64,000 nucleotides of DNA from Terriglobia bacterium. Lineage in GTDB: Bacteria > Acidobacteriota > Polarisedimenticolia > Polarisedimenticolales > JAIQFR01. The first letter of the stretch is position 1. Each line of letters begins with the position of its first letter. The notes beneath the pieces were generated by a model. That model saw only the letters and a program-made list of their open reading frames with translations. It was not told the DNA's origin and made no database searches. Location: positions 1,824,001-1,888,000 of the forward strand of contig CAVVHE010000004.1 of NCBI GenBank assembly GCA_963748015.1, written 5' to 3'. A program made the translations under genes and the position numbers. Below are positions 40,472-50,685 of the stretch, piece by piece.

Positions 40472-42400
40472 TCACTCCGCCGCAATCTCCTCCCACCTGG
40501 AATAGAGCGCTCGGAGGCGGTCCTCGGCCTCCTGGCGCTCCCGGCCGATGTCCTTGGCCCGCCTGGCGTCGCGGTACACGGACGGGTCGGCCTGGAGCGC
40601 GGCCAGCTCCCGCACCCGCTCCTCGATCGCCGCGATCTCGGCCTCGATCGGGGCCAAGCGCTGCTCCGCCGCCTGCTTCTCGCGGTAGCGCCGGTTGCGC
40701 TCCTCCGCCTCGGCCCGCTTCAGGTCGCGCGCCCGTTGCCGCGCCCCCGCGGGCTCGTCGTCCGCCGCGTCGGCCTCCTCCGCGGACTCCTCCTCGACGC
40801 GGCGCCGCCGCTCCACGAACGTGTCGTAGTCGCCCGGATAGACGTCCACCTTCCCGCCGCCCACCTCGGCGATCGAGGTGGAGATCCGGTTGATGAAGTA
40901 CCGGTCGTGGGAGATCACGACGAGGGTCCCGTCGTACTCGTCGAGCGCGTCCTCCAGGACCTCGCGGCTCCTGAGGTCGAGGTGGTTCGTCGGCTCGTCG
41001 AGGAGGAGCAGGTTCGCGGGGCGAACGAGCATCTTCGCGAGTGCCAGCCTCGCCTTCTCCCCGCCGGAGAGGACGCCGACCGCCTTGTCCACGTCCTCGC
41101 CCGAGAAGAGGAAGCAGCCGAGGAGCGACCGGAGGCGCTGGACCATCCCGGCATCGGCCACCTTCTCCATCTCCTCGAGAACCGTGCACTTCGGGTCGAG
41201 CGCGTCGAGCTGGTGCTGGGCGTAGTACTTCACGATCACCTGGTGGCCGAGGTCGAGCCGCCCGTCGTCGGGCAGGAGCCGCCCGGCGAGGAGCTTCAAG
41301 AGCGTCGACTTCCCCGCGCCGTTCGGCCCCACGAGGGCGACCCGCTCGCCGCGCCGCAGGAGGAGATCGGCGTCGCGGTACACGACGTTGGCGCCGAAGG
41401 CCTTCGAGAAGCGCTCGCCGCGGACGACGTCGTCGCCGGAACGCGGGGCGGGCGGGAAGCCGAAGCGGATCCGCCGGGTGCGCGAGGGTGCTTCGATCCG
41501 CTCGATCTTCTCGAGTGCCTTGAGCCTCGACTGGACCTGCCGGGCCTTGGTGGCCTTGTACCGGAAGCGCTCGACGAACCTCTCCACCCGCGCGATCTCG
41601 CGCGTCTGGAGTCTCGCCGCTTCCTCCAGGGCCGCTAGGCGCTCCTCGCGCTCGGCGAGGTAGTCGTCGTAGTTCCCCTTGTAGACCGTGAGGCGCCCGC
41701 GCTCGAGCTCGACGATCTCCCCGACCATGCGGTTCAGGAAGTAACGGTCGTGCGACACGACGACGAACGCCCCCTCGAACGACTCGAGGAACTGCTCGAG
41801 CCAGGCGATCGCCTCGAGGTCCAGGTGATTCGTCGGCTCGTCCAGCAGCAGGAGGTCGGGCGCTCCGAGGAGCAGGCGGGCCAGCGCGACCCGCATCCGC
41901 CAGCCCCCCGAGAGGTCTGCGATCGGGGCATGGAAGCGGGCCTCCTCGACACCCAGCCCCGTCAGGATCGCCTTGGCTCTCGCCTCGACCCGGTCGCCGC
42001 CTAGCGCCTCGAAGCGGTGCCGCGCGTCGCCGTACGCCGCGGCGACCGATTCGAACTCGGAATCGCCCGGCTGCATCCCGGCCATCCGCCGCTCGAGCCG
42101 CTCGAGCTCGTCCTCGAGCTTGCGGAGCTCGCCGAAGCCGTCGAGGACCACCGAGAGCACGCTCCCGTCGGAAACCGTCTCCACCTCCTGGGACAGGTAC
42201 CCGACCCGGAGCGCGGACGGCCGGCTCACGTCCCCCGCGTCGGGGGCGTCGAGGCCGGCGAGGATGCGGAGGATGGTCGTCTTTCCCGCGCCGTTCGGGC
42301 CGACGAGGCCGAGGCGCGCGCCGCGAGGGATCATCCACGACAGGCCGTCGAAGAGAATGCGCGCGCCGAACTGGCGGCGGACCTTGTCGAGATGGATCAT
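40472..42400 (-). CDS. ABC-F family ribosome-associated ATPase
   Basis: Two NBDs (GPNGAGKTT, LSGGWRMR, GPNGAGKST, LSGGEKAR), DEPTNHLD twice, C-terminal coiled coil. Confidence 0.93.
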   Translation of the reverse strand: MIHLDKVRRQFGARILFDGLSWMIPRGARLGLVGPNGAGKTTILRILAGLDAPDAGDVSRPSALRVGYLSQEVETVSDGSVLSVVLDGFGELRKLEDELERLERRMAGMQPGDSEFESVAAAYGDARHRFEALGGDRVEARAKAILTGLGVEEARFHAPIADLSGGWRMRVALARLLLGAPDLLLLDEPTNHLDLEAIAWLEQFLESFEGAFVVVSHDRYFLNRMVGEIVELERGRLTVYKGNYDDYLAEREERLAALEEAARLQTREIARVERFVERFRYKATKARQVQSRLKALEKIERIEAPSRTRRIRFGFPPAPRSGDDVVRGERFSKAFGANVVYRDADLLLRRGERVALVGPNGAGKSTLLKLLAGRLLPDDGRLDLGHQVIVKYYAQHQLDALDPKCTVLEEMEKVADAGMVQRLRSLLGCFLFSGEDVDKAVGVLSGGEKARLALAKMLVRPANLLLLDEPTNHLDLRSREVLEDALDEYDGTLVVISHDRYFINRISTSIAEVGGGKVDVYPGDYDTFVERRRRVEEESAEEADAADDEPAGARQRARDLKRAEAEERNRRYREKQAAEQRLAPIEAEIAAIEERVRELAALQADPSVYRDARRAKDIGRERQEAEDRLRALYSRWEEIAAE

Positions 42401-42519
42401 GCCGGGAGAAGCCCTCGGGTGGTCCCGGAAGTTGCTGACATCGCGAGACCGGCCCGCTATTGTAGAGGACCGGCGCCAGGGCGCTCCACCAGCCGTCCCA
42501 GGCGCCTCGGAGTGCCGCC

Positions 42520-43470
42520 ATGGGCCAAACCCTCGCCTCGATCCGCCTCCTCACGGTGCGCGCCGCGGGCGCGGCGCTTCTCGCCGCGACGCTCGTCGCC
42601 TGCGCGGCTCGGAAGGAGCCGACGGCGGTCCTGCCGACTCCGCCCCCGCCGGAGCCCCACGCCGTCAAGATCGCGCTCGTCCTCGGCGGCGGAGGGGCGC
42701 GCGGCTTCGCCCACGTCGGGGTCATCCGAGTGCTCGAGCAGGAGAAAATCCCGGTGGACATGGTCGTCGGGGCCAGCGCGGGGAGCCTCATCGGAGCGAT
42801 GTACGCCGACACCCGCGACTCGTTCGAGCTGGAAGCGACCGCCTGGCGGGTCGAGAAGGACGACATCTTCGACTGGTCCATCCTCGGGTCGACCCGGGGC
42901 CCGGTGACGGGAAAGGCCCTCGAAGATTTCGTCGCGAGCCACATCAAGGCCCAGACGATCGAGCAGCTCCGGATTCCGTTCGTCGCGGTCGCGACCGACC
43001 TCAAGACCGGCGAGGAGGTGGTCCTCGACCGCGGCCCCATCGGCCCCGCGATCCACGCTTCGAGCGCGATCCCCGGCCTGTTCCGTCCGGTCACGCTCGA
43101 CGGCCGCACCCTCGTGGACGGCGGCGTCGTCGACCCGCTGCCGGTTTCGGTCGCTCGCGCCCTTGGCGCCGACTTGGTGATCGCGGTGAACATCGGGATG
43201 GAGGTGGGCGGGGAGGAGCCGGGGAACGTCGCATCCATCTCCCTCCGCTGCATCGTGCTGCTCGGGCGCGAGCTCGCGCGCCTCAAGTCGGCGGGAGCCG
43301 ACGTTCTCATCTCGCCGAAGGTGGGAGAAACCAGCTCTCTCGACTTCTCGAAGAAGAAGGAGCTGATGACGGCCGGCGTCGCCGCCGCGCGGGAGGCGGT
43401 CCCCGCCATCCGGGAGGCGATCGCGCGGGCGGCGTCGCGGCCCGCGCCCGCCTCGTCTCACAGCCAGTAG
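42520..43470 (+). CDS. Patatin-like phospholipase, probable lipoprotein
   Basis: LVAC lipobox, GGGGARG, GASAG, DGG. Confidence 0.9.
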   Translation: MGQTLASIRLLTVRAAGAALLAATLVACAARKEPTAVLPTPPPPEPHAVKIALVLGGGGARGFAHVGVIRVLEQEKIPVDMVVGASAGSLIGAMYADTRDSFELEATAWRVEKDDIFDWSILGSTRGPVTGKALEDFVASHIKAQTIEQLRIPFVAVATDLKTGEEVVLDRGPIGPAIHASSAIPGLFRPVTLDGRTLVDGGVVDPLPVSVARALGADLVIAVNIGMEVGGEEPGNVASISLRCIVLLGRELARLKSAGADVLISPKVGETSSLDFSKKKELMTAGVAAAREAVPAIREAIARAASRPAPASSHSQ

Positions 43471-44660
43471 CGCAGGAGCCCCGCGAGCCGCTCGAGCAGC
43501 TTCTCCTTCGCCGGACGGCGCCGCCAGGCGTCGAGCGTGACCTCCTCGGCAGCGGCGAACTCGCTTTCGAGTACCGCCGACGCGCGCCGCGCGGTGTCCG
43601 GGTCGAAGACGTTGACGGCGACCTCGAGGTTGTGGCGGAACGAGCGGTGATCGAGGTTCGCGGAGCCGGCGAGGAGGATCTCGTCGTCGAAGACCGCGGC
43701 CTTCGCGTGCAGCACGGAGCGGCGCGCCTCGCGGATCGAAACCCCGGCCTCGAGGAGGCGGCCGTACGAGGCGCGCCCGGCCCAGCGCACCGTCGGCACG
43801 TCGGTGACCCCGGGGAGCAGCAGCTCGACGCTCACCCCACGGCGGGCCGCCCGGCAGAGCGCCCGGCGGAGCGGCCGCTCGGGAGCGAAGTAGGCGTTCG
43901 CGAGGAGGATCCTGCGGCGCGCCGTCGCGATCAGCCCGAGATAGGACCGGCGCAACCCCCGGCGGCGGATGATCCCCTCACCCTCGACGATCTGCACTCC
44001 GGCCCGGCCCTGCTCGCGCCCGCTCTCGCCGAGGTCGCCGGCCGCGCCCTCGCTGCCGCCCGCGCGGATCCAGGTCCGGACGAACAGGCGCGACAGCTCC
44101 TTCGCCGCGGGCCCTTCGACACGAACCGCGAGATCGATCCAGGCCCGCTCCCCCGTGAACTCCTCGGTGTACGCCTCGGCGAGGTTCATGCCGCCGGCGA
44201 ACGCGCACGCGCCGTCCACGAGCACGAGCTTCCTGTGATCGCGCCGGTTCGGGAACCAGGCGGGGGTCCAGGGCGCGAGAGGGTGGAACCAACGCACCTC
44301 GGCGCCCGACTGCTCGAGCGACTCCATGAGGTCGCCGCTGCCGAGGCTTCCGAAAGAGTCCACGAGCACGAGGGTGCGCACCCCCTCGCGGGCCTTCGCC
44401 CGGATCGCCTCGGCGAACCGCCGTCCCACCCGGTCGTCGGCCCACGTGTACATCTCGACCGCGACCACCCGCGAGGCCCCGCGTATCGCGGCGAGCATGG
44501 ACTCGAACGCCAGGCGCCCCCCCTCGAGGAGCGTGACGCGATTCCCCCACAGCACCGGCGAGCCGCCGCGCCGCGCGAGGCGGTCGATCTGAGGCAGGCG
44601 CACGCGCCCGCGGAGCCGGCCGAGCCAGGGCGCGAGCGTATTGGCGCGGGTGGGGGGCAT
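43458..44660 (-). CDS. cls: Cardiolipin synthase/PLD family (ClsB-like)
   Basis: Two HKD motifs, DHRKLVLVD and LHAKAAVFD; GGMN, GSANLD. Confidence 0.88.
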   Translation of the reverse strand: MPPTRANTLAPWLGRLRGRVRLPQIDRLARRGGSPVLWGNRVTLLEGGRLAFESMLAAIRGASRVVAVEMYTWADDRVGRRFAEAIRAKAREGVRTLVLVDSFGSLGSGDLMESLEQSGAEVRWFHPLAPWTPAWFPNRRDHRKLVLVDGACAFAGGMNLAEAYTEEFTGERAWIDLAVRVEGPAAKELSRLFVRTWIRAGGSEGAAGDLGESGREQGRAGVQIVEGEGIIRRRGLRRSYLGLIATARRRILLANAYFAPERPLRRALCRAARRGVSVELLLPGVTDVPTVRWAGRASYGRLLEAGVSIREARRSVLHAKAAVFDDEILLAGSANLDHRSFRHNLEVAVNVFDPDTARRASAVLESEFAAAEEVTLDAWRRRPAKEKLLERLAGLLRYWL

Positions 44661-44739
44661 TCGGCTCCTCTGGACTCGCGGCGTCGGGGCATTATATTCG
44701 TGCGGGTAGGCGTGTATCGGGCCGGATGGAAGGGGTCCC

Positions 44740-45876
44740 ATGACGGTCTCCAACGGGCTCGCGCTGCTTTTCGCCTCGTTCGCCGCCCTCGCCGGAACCG
44801 CGGCCGAGGGGGGGACGCACCGCTACCTCCTCGACGTGACGGACGGAAGCGACTCCGCCTTCGAGATCGAATTCGAGGCGCCACACCCCGGAACGCTCGC
44901 CGTGGCGGCGGAGTGGGAGGGAACCCGCATCCTCTCCTTCCGTCTCGACGGGCCGGGAGAGCCCTCCTTCGTCGGGCGCCGCTCGGGCCCGTCACCCCAG
45001 CGGATGGAGGTGGCGTTCGCCGACGCCGCCCCGGCCGGGGGAAGGAAGCTCAAGCTGTCCATCCGCGCGCTTCCCGGGCGCGGCATCGCCAAGGGGACGC
45101 TGACCCTCGAGATTCCCGACGCTCCCGAGATCGTGGAAGAGCGGCGCAAGGCGGCCGAGCCTCCGCCGCCTCCGCCTCCCGAGCCGGACCCCTGGACCGT
45201 CCCGGCCAGGGCGCCGCAGGGAGCCTCTCCGGCCGTCGACCAACTGTTCGCGGCCGTAGAGCGCTACCGGGCGCTCGTCGTCGGGCGCGGCTTCGAGCCC
45301 CTCCCGGACGCCTGCGGCTGGCGCACGGACCTCCTCAAGCGGCTCGTGGAGTGGCGGGCCGGCGCGGCCGCCGGCCGGCCGGGGCCCGCGGTCCCCGAAA
45401 TGCGATACCTGGCGCGCCTCGCGGCCACTGCCCGGGAGGTGGACGGCCTGCGCGATTCCAAGGACCCGATCCTGAGCGGTCCCGTGCCCGAGGACTCGCT
45501 CCGCAAGCGCGCGTGGCTGCAGGTCCGGAAGGAGCAGATCCGTCCGCTCGAGAGGGAGCTCGATTCCCTGACCGAGTCGCTCCGCGGCGGGTTCGCCCCC
45601 GGGCTGAGGGACGAGGGTTGGCTACCCCGGCTCATCGCCTGCCTCACCGCATGCGAGCGTTACTTCGAGGAGCGGGTCCGCCTGGGCGAGGAGGAAGCCT
45701 CGAACGCCGATCTTGCCAAGACGCAGTGGGACTCGATCCTCGCGGCGGTGGACGCGCTGGAGAAGCTGGGACCGCCGCCCGACACCGCTCCCCGCGCCCG
45801 CGCCCGCCGCCGGGCAGCGCTGACCGTTCTGGCCCCCGTCCCCCGCCGGGGCTATGATCGGCGGGGGAAAACATGA
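44740..45876 (+). CDS. Secreted hypothetical protein (beta-sandwich N domain, Pro linker, helical C domain)
   Basis: Signal peptide; ATGA overlap with the DUF362 gene. Confidence 0.65.
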   Translation: MTVSNGLALLFASFAALAGTAAEGGTHRYLLDVTDGSDSAFEIEFEAPHPGTLAVAAEWEGTRILSFRLDGPGEPSFVGRRSGPSPQRMEVAFADAAPAGGRKLKLSIRALPGRGIAKGTLTLEIPDAPEIVEERRKAAEPPPPPPPEPDPWTVPARAPQGASPAVDQLFAAVERYRALVVGRGFEPLPDACGWRTDLLKRLVEWRAGAAAGRPGPAVPEMRYLARLAATAREVDGLRDSKDPILSGPVPEDSLRKRAWLQVRKEQIRPLERELDSLTESLRGGFAPGLRDEGWLPRLIACLTACERYFEERVRLGEEEASNADLAKTQWDSILAAVDALEKLGPPPDTAPRARARRRAALTVLAPVPRRGYDRRGKT

Positions 45877-47009
45877 AGGGACGTGTCGCCGCGCTCCGGG
45901 TCGAGCCCTCGACGATTCTCGAGTCGATCGAGCGCCTTTGCGGTCTGGCCGGGATGCGCGACGCGCTGGCCGCCGGCAGGACGACGATCCTCAAGGACAA
46001 CATCTCCTGGCACTACCCGTTCCCTGCCGCGAACACCACGCCTTGGCAGCTCGAGGGGACGATCCGCGCCCTGCGCGCCTCCGGACTCGGCGACCTGGTC
46101 TGCGTGCAGAACAAGACGGTGGTGACCGACGCGTTCAAGGGCGAGGACCTGAACCACTACCTTCCGATCCTCTCCGCGTACGGCGTGCCGGTCCGCTACA
46201 ACTTCCGCGAGCACGACATGGCGTGGGTGGAGTACCGGCCCAAGGCCCGGATGCACGTCCTCGACAAGATCTACCCGGACGGGATCCGGATCCCGGATTT
46301 CTTCCACGGGAAGAACATCGTCCACCTCCCCACGGTCAAGTGTCATATCTACTCGACGACCACGGGGGCGATGAAGAACGCGTTCGGCGGCCTGCTCCAC
46401 GACCACAGGCACTACACGCACTCGTGGATCCACCGGACGCTCGTGGACCTGCTCGCGATCCAGCGGGAGATCCACGGCGGGATCTTCGCCGTCACCGACG
46501 GCACGACCGCGGGGAACGGCCCCGGCCCGCGCACGATGCGCCCGGAGGTCAAGAACTGGATGCTCGCCTCCTCGGACCAGGTGGCGATCGACGCCGTGGC
46601 CGCGAAGATGATGGGGTTCGACCCGCTGTCGATCGAGTACATCCGCGTCGCGCACGAGGACGGCCTCGGTACCGGTGATCCCCGCGAGATCGAGGTGGTC
46701 GGCGACGACATCTCTCGCGAGTCGTGGGGCTTCGAGGTCGGGAACAACGGAGCGAGCCTCGTCGGCGGCCTGCTGTGGTTCTCGCCCCTCAAGCGGTTCC
46801 AGAAGCTGTTCTTCAGGACCCCGCTGGTGCACGGGTTCATCCTCGGCTCGGAGGTCTACCACGACTACTATCGCTGGCCGCTCCGCGACCGGGGCGTCTT
46901 CGAGCGATGGAAGCGGGAGACCGGCTGGGGACGCCTCTTCGAGGCCTACGAGAGGGGTCCGCAGGGCGCTCCCGCTCCCGCTCCCGCTCCCGCTCGCACC
47001 GGGGCGTAG
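45873..47009 (+). CDS. DUF362-domain protein
   Basis: ILKDNISWH, HLPTVKCH..TTGAMKNAFG, DGT.AGNGPGP, DQVAIDAV. Confidence 0.85.
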   Translation: MKGRVAALRVEPSTILESIERLCGLAGMRDALAAGRTTILKDNISWHYPFPAANTTPWQLEGTIRALRASGLGDLVCVQNKTVVTDAFKGEDLNHYLPILSAYGVPVRYNFREHDMAWVEYRPKARMHVLDKIYPDGIRIPDFFHGKNIVHLPTVKCHIYSTTTGAMKNAFGGLLHDHRHYTHSWIHRTLVDLLAIQREIHGGIFAVTDGTTAGNGPGPRTMRPEVKNWMLASSDQVAIDAVAAKMMGFDPLSIEYIRVAHEDGLGTGDPREIEVVGDDISRESWGFEVGNNGASLVGGLLWFSPLKRFQKLFFRTPLVHGFILGSEVYHDYYRWPLRDRGVFERWKRETGWGRLFEAYERGPQGAPAPAPAPARTGA

Positions 47010-47057
47010 CGAGTCGGAGCCTCCCTTCCGAATTCGACCTTCGCGGTGGTGGCCGGC

Positions 47058-48344
47058 TCAGAAGCTGAGTTCGCCGTGCTCCGGGCGCAGGGTCGTGGCC
47101 TCGTTGGCGTGGAGGAAGCAGTCGATGGCGCGGCGGTCCTCCGGGCCGAACCGCTCGAACTCGATCCCCATGCCGGGGGCGCGCAGCACGGCGCCGGGCG
47201 CCGTCTCGGGGGGCACGGCGCGGACCACCCGGCCGATCACGTGCACGTTGCCCTGCACCGCGGGGAGCGGGAACGAGAGCGCGCAGCGCATCCCGATCTC
47301 GATCGGCGTCGGCGTCTCGACGAAGATGCCGCTGGGAGAAAGATCCCGCGTGAACCCCAGGAGCAGCGGCTGCTCGCCGTCGAAGTAGACGGGGGCGCGC
47401 AGCGGCACGCGCGGGCGCCGCAGGTAGCACCAGACCCGGTTCCGGCCGAGGGACCTGGCCTCGTCGAGCGCCTCGCGGGCTCGGGCGAGCAGGTCGGAGC
47501 CGCCGTCGGAATCCGCGGGGAACGAGGCCGCGCCGAGACTCAGCGTCACGTGCGTCGGGCCGTCGGGGTGATTGAGCCCGCTGAACCGGAACCGCTCCAC
47601 CGTCGAGCGCAGCCGGGCCGCGAACTGCCGGGCCTCGCCGCGTCCCGCGCCGGCCAGCAGCACGGCGAAATCGTCGTCGCCGAGGCGGGCCACGAAGATG
47701 CCCGCGTCCACGCTGGCCCGCAGGATCCCGGCCAGCTTGAGCAGGACCTCGTCCCCTGCCAGGCGTCCCAGGCGGTCGTTGACGTGGCGCAGGTGGTCCA
47801 CGTCGGCCAGCACGAGCGCCAGGGGCCGGGCCTCGCGGGTCGCATCCTCGATGGCGTCGGAGAGCATCTCGTCGAACGAGGCGCGATCGGCCAGCCCCGT
47901 CATCGGGTCGCGTCCGCCGGCGGCGGCCTCGACCTGAGGAGAGCCCGACTGCGCCAGGACGCGCAGGATCGAGACGGTCGTCCGCCCGCCACTGCCGGGC
48001 AGGCGCAACGCCTCGGCCTCGACCTCGACGACCTGCCCTTCGCGGCAGGCGAGCCTGAGAACGATCCTGGCCGAGTCCGCGTCGGAGTCGATCAGCGCTC
48101 CCCCGCCGGGCCGGATGGCCGCGGACGGCTCCGCCGCGTCCGGGCGGGCGATCGCGAGGACCAGGGGCCGGCTACGTCCCACGACCTCGATCGCGGGCCA
48201 GCCGGTGAGGTCCTCCATCCCCTGATCGAAACCGAGAACCGTGCCGTTGGCGTCCACGATGAACGACCCGCCCCCGGCGCTCCTGTGACGCCTGCCGGCG
48301 GTAGAAGAATGACCCCCGTTCCCCCCCCGATGCACCATCTCCAT
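47058..48344 (-). CDS. PAS - degenerate GGDEF - PilZ fusion protein
   Basis: PAS (VDANG, LTGW..EVVG), DPMTGL, DVDH..VND.LG..GD, RLGDDDF, GRNRV, PilZ DLSPSGIF...GMGIEF. Confidence 0.85.
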   Translation of the reverse strand: MEMVHRGGNGGHSSTAGRRHRSAGGGSFIVDANGTVLGFDQGMEDLTGWPAIEVVGRSRPLVLAIARPDAAEPSAAIRPGGGALIDSDADSARIVLRLACREGQVVEVEAEALRLPGSGGRTTVSILRVLAQSGSPQVEAAAGGRDPMTGLADRASFDEMLSDAIEDATREARPLALVLADVDHLRHVNDRLGRLAGDEVLLKLAGILRASVDAGIFVARLGDDDFAVLLAGAGRGEARQFAARLRSTVERFRFSGLNHPDGPTHVTLSLGAASFPADSDGGSDLLARAREALDEARSLGRNRVWCYLRRPRVPLRAPVYFDGEQPLLLGFTRDLSPSGIFVETPTPIEIGMRCALSFPLPAVQGNVHVIGRVVRAVPPETAPGAVLRAPGMGIEFERFGPEDRRAIDCFLHANEATTLRPEHGELSF

Positions 48345-48438
48345 GCCCTCCGCTTTCCTCATGATGTATAGGTTCCGCGAGCCCGCGGGGCAACACGGGC
48401 CCGGCGGCAGGTAGGCTCTCGCGGTAGAATCCGCACCT

Positions 48439-50471
48439 ATGCGCGCCCTCCGCACCGTCCTGTGGATCGCCGTCGCGACGCTCGGGGCCGCGGCGTTCGC
48501 CTCCCTGGCCCTGGCGCGCTCCGAGCCGGTCTCGGCCTCGCATCTCGTGGTCGCGGCCATCTGCACGTTCACGATCGGCTACCGGTTCTACTCGAAGTTC
48601 ATCGCCGCGCGGGTCCTGGCGCTCAACGACGACCGGGCGACCCCCGCGGTCCGCATCGCCGACGGGCGGGACTTCGTGCCGACGAACCGCTGGGTGGTCT
48701 TCGGCCACCACTTCGCCGCGATCGCGGGGCCGGGGCCCCTGGTGGGACCGATCCTCGCCGCCCAGTTCGGATACCTCCCGGGCGCGATCTGGATCCTCGC
48801 CGGCGTCGTGCTCGGCGGCGCGGTGCAGGACTTCGTGATCCTGGTGGCGAGCCTGAGGCGCGACGGCCGCTCCCTGGCGAAGCTCGCGCACGACTACCTC
48901 GGGCGGTGGGGCGCGATCGCGGGAACGCTAGGAATCCTGCTGATCATGGTGATCCTGATCGCCGTGCTCGGCCTCGTCGTGGTCAACGCGCTGGCCGAGT
49001 CGCCGTGGGGCGTGTTCACCGTCGGGGCGACGATCCCGATCGCGCTGATCATGGGCGTGGTGATGCGCGGGGGCCACGGCCGCCAGGTGCTCCTCGCGAC
49101 GGCGATCGGCGTCGGCCTCCTGGTCCTCGCCCTCGTCGGCGGGCGATGGGTCTCGGTGGACCCCGAGCTCTCCGCCGCGTTCTCGCTCGGGGAGATTGCC
49201 GCTCGCCTGGGCGGTGATGCTCTACGGCCTCGCGGCGTCGGTGCTGCCGGTCTGGCTCCTTCTCGCCCCGCGGGACTACCTCTCGACGTTCGTGAAGCTC
49301 GGCACGGTGTTCCTCCTCGCGGTCGGGATCCTCGTCGTCCGCCCCGAGCTCCACATGCCGGCCCTGACGCGCTTCGCGGACGGGACCGGCCCGATCTTCG
49401 GCGGGAAGATCTTCCCGTTCTGCTTCATCACGATCGCGTGCGGGGCGATCTCGGGGTTCCACTCGCTGATCGCGAGCGGCACGACGCCCAAGCTACTGAA
49501 GCGCGAGACGGACGCCCGGATGATCGGCTACGGCGGGATGCTCCTCGAGAGCCTGGTGGCGATCATGGCGCTCGTCGCGGCGACGTCGCTCCCCCCGGGC
49601 CAGTACTTCGCCATCAACTCGACGAAGGGGGTCGAGTGGATCGCCGCAGCAGGGGTTCCCGGTCACGGCCGGGGAGATGCAGGAGCTGGCGGACCGCGTC
49701 GGCGAGAAGTCGGTCCTCGGCCGGACCGGGGGCGCGCCGTGTCTCGCCGTCGGCATGGCCGAGATCTTCCGCCGGTTCCTCGGCGGCGAGCGGTTCGCTG
49801 CGCTCTGGTACCACTTCGCGATCATGTTCGAGGCGCTGTTCATCCTGACCACGCTCGACGCGGGGACCCGCGTCGGGCGGTACCTGCTGCAGGACGCCCT
49901 CCTCCGGGTCGCGCCGCGCCTCTCGGGGTCCGGGTGGGCGGCCAACGTCGTCACCAGCACGGCGTTCGTCGCGGCCTGGGGGTACTTCCTGCACGCGGGG
50001 GTCGTGGACCCGAGCGGCGGCGTGTGGATCCTCTGGCCGCTGTTCGGCATCGCGAACCAGCTTCTCGCCGCCACCGCCCTGACGATCGCGGCGACGATCT
50101 TCTTCAGGACGGGCAGGGCGCGTTACGCTTGGGTGCCGCTGGTCCCGCTGGCGTTCCTCCTCTCCGTGACGCTCACGGCGGGGTTCCAGAAGATCTTCCA
50201 CCCCGATCCCCGGATCGGCTTCCTTGCCCTGGCGAGCGCGCCGGGGACGGGAGCGGTGGCGGCGTTCAACGCCCGGCTCGACGCGGCGATGGCCGCGGTG
50301 TTCCTGGTTCTCGTGGTGACGGTCGTGATCTCGGCCGCCCGCCAGTGGGCGCTCGTGCTGCTCCGGCGGATCCCGGTCGAGCCCGAATCACCGCCGCTTC
50401 CCGGCGAGGGGGGCGGCCGGACCGTGTTCGGCGAAGTGCCCGCGGTCGGTGGGCGGCACCGATGTTGCTGA
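48439..50471 (+). CDS. cstA: Carbon starvation protein A transporter (frameshifts near 49197 and 49653)
   Basis: [67 protein letters not shown]. Confidence 0.93.
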
Positions 50472-50478
50472 CTTCAGG

Positions 50479-50642
50479 CCCGGCAGTTCGTCCTCGAGTT
50501 CGGCCCTTCGCGGCCCTGTTTTCGAGCGACCGTCTCTTCCCTGGACGGCCGCTCGAAAACCGGAGCAAGGCGGCGCGGCGATCTACGCCGCGCAACGCCG
50601 CCGCGTGCCGCGAAGGGCCGAACTCGAGGACGAACTGCCGGG
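50479..50642. repeat. 164-bp element with a perfect 36-bp terminal inverted repeat and two internal hairpins
   Basis: CCCGGCAGTTCGTCCTCGAGTTCGGCCCTTCGCGGC (50479-50514) and its exact reverse complement (50607-50642). Confidence 0.9.
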
Positions 50643-50685
50643 TGGCGTCGAGAGGGGAAATGTTCGATTCCCGGAGGTGACGACG

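Noticed and set aside
41973..45857. Very long alternative-frame ORFs (1294 aa here; also 15674-18907, 40344-43409, 7442-10009 and others)
   Set aside because: Arg/Pro/Ala/Gly-rich shadow ORFs overlapping recognisable genes; expected at this GC content
46968..46991. (GCTCCC)x4 microsatellite
   Set aside because: In-frame Ala-Pro tail with no phase-variation effect
50469..50520. UGA read-through as selenocysteine (CC-UGA followed by a stem)
   Set aside because: The Cys pair is already complete before the UGA, and the 36-bp stem is too long for a typical bacterial SECIS
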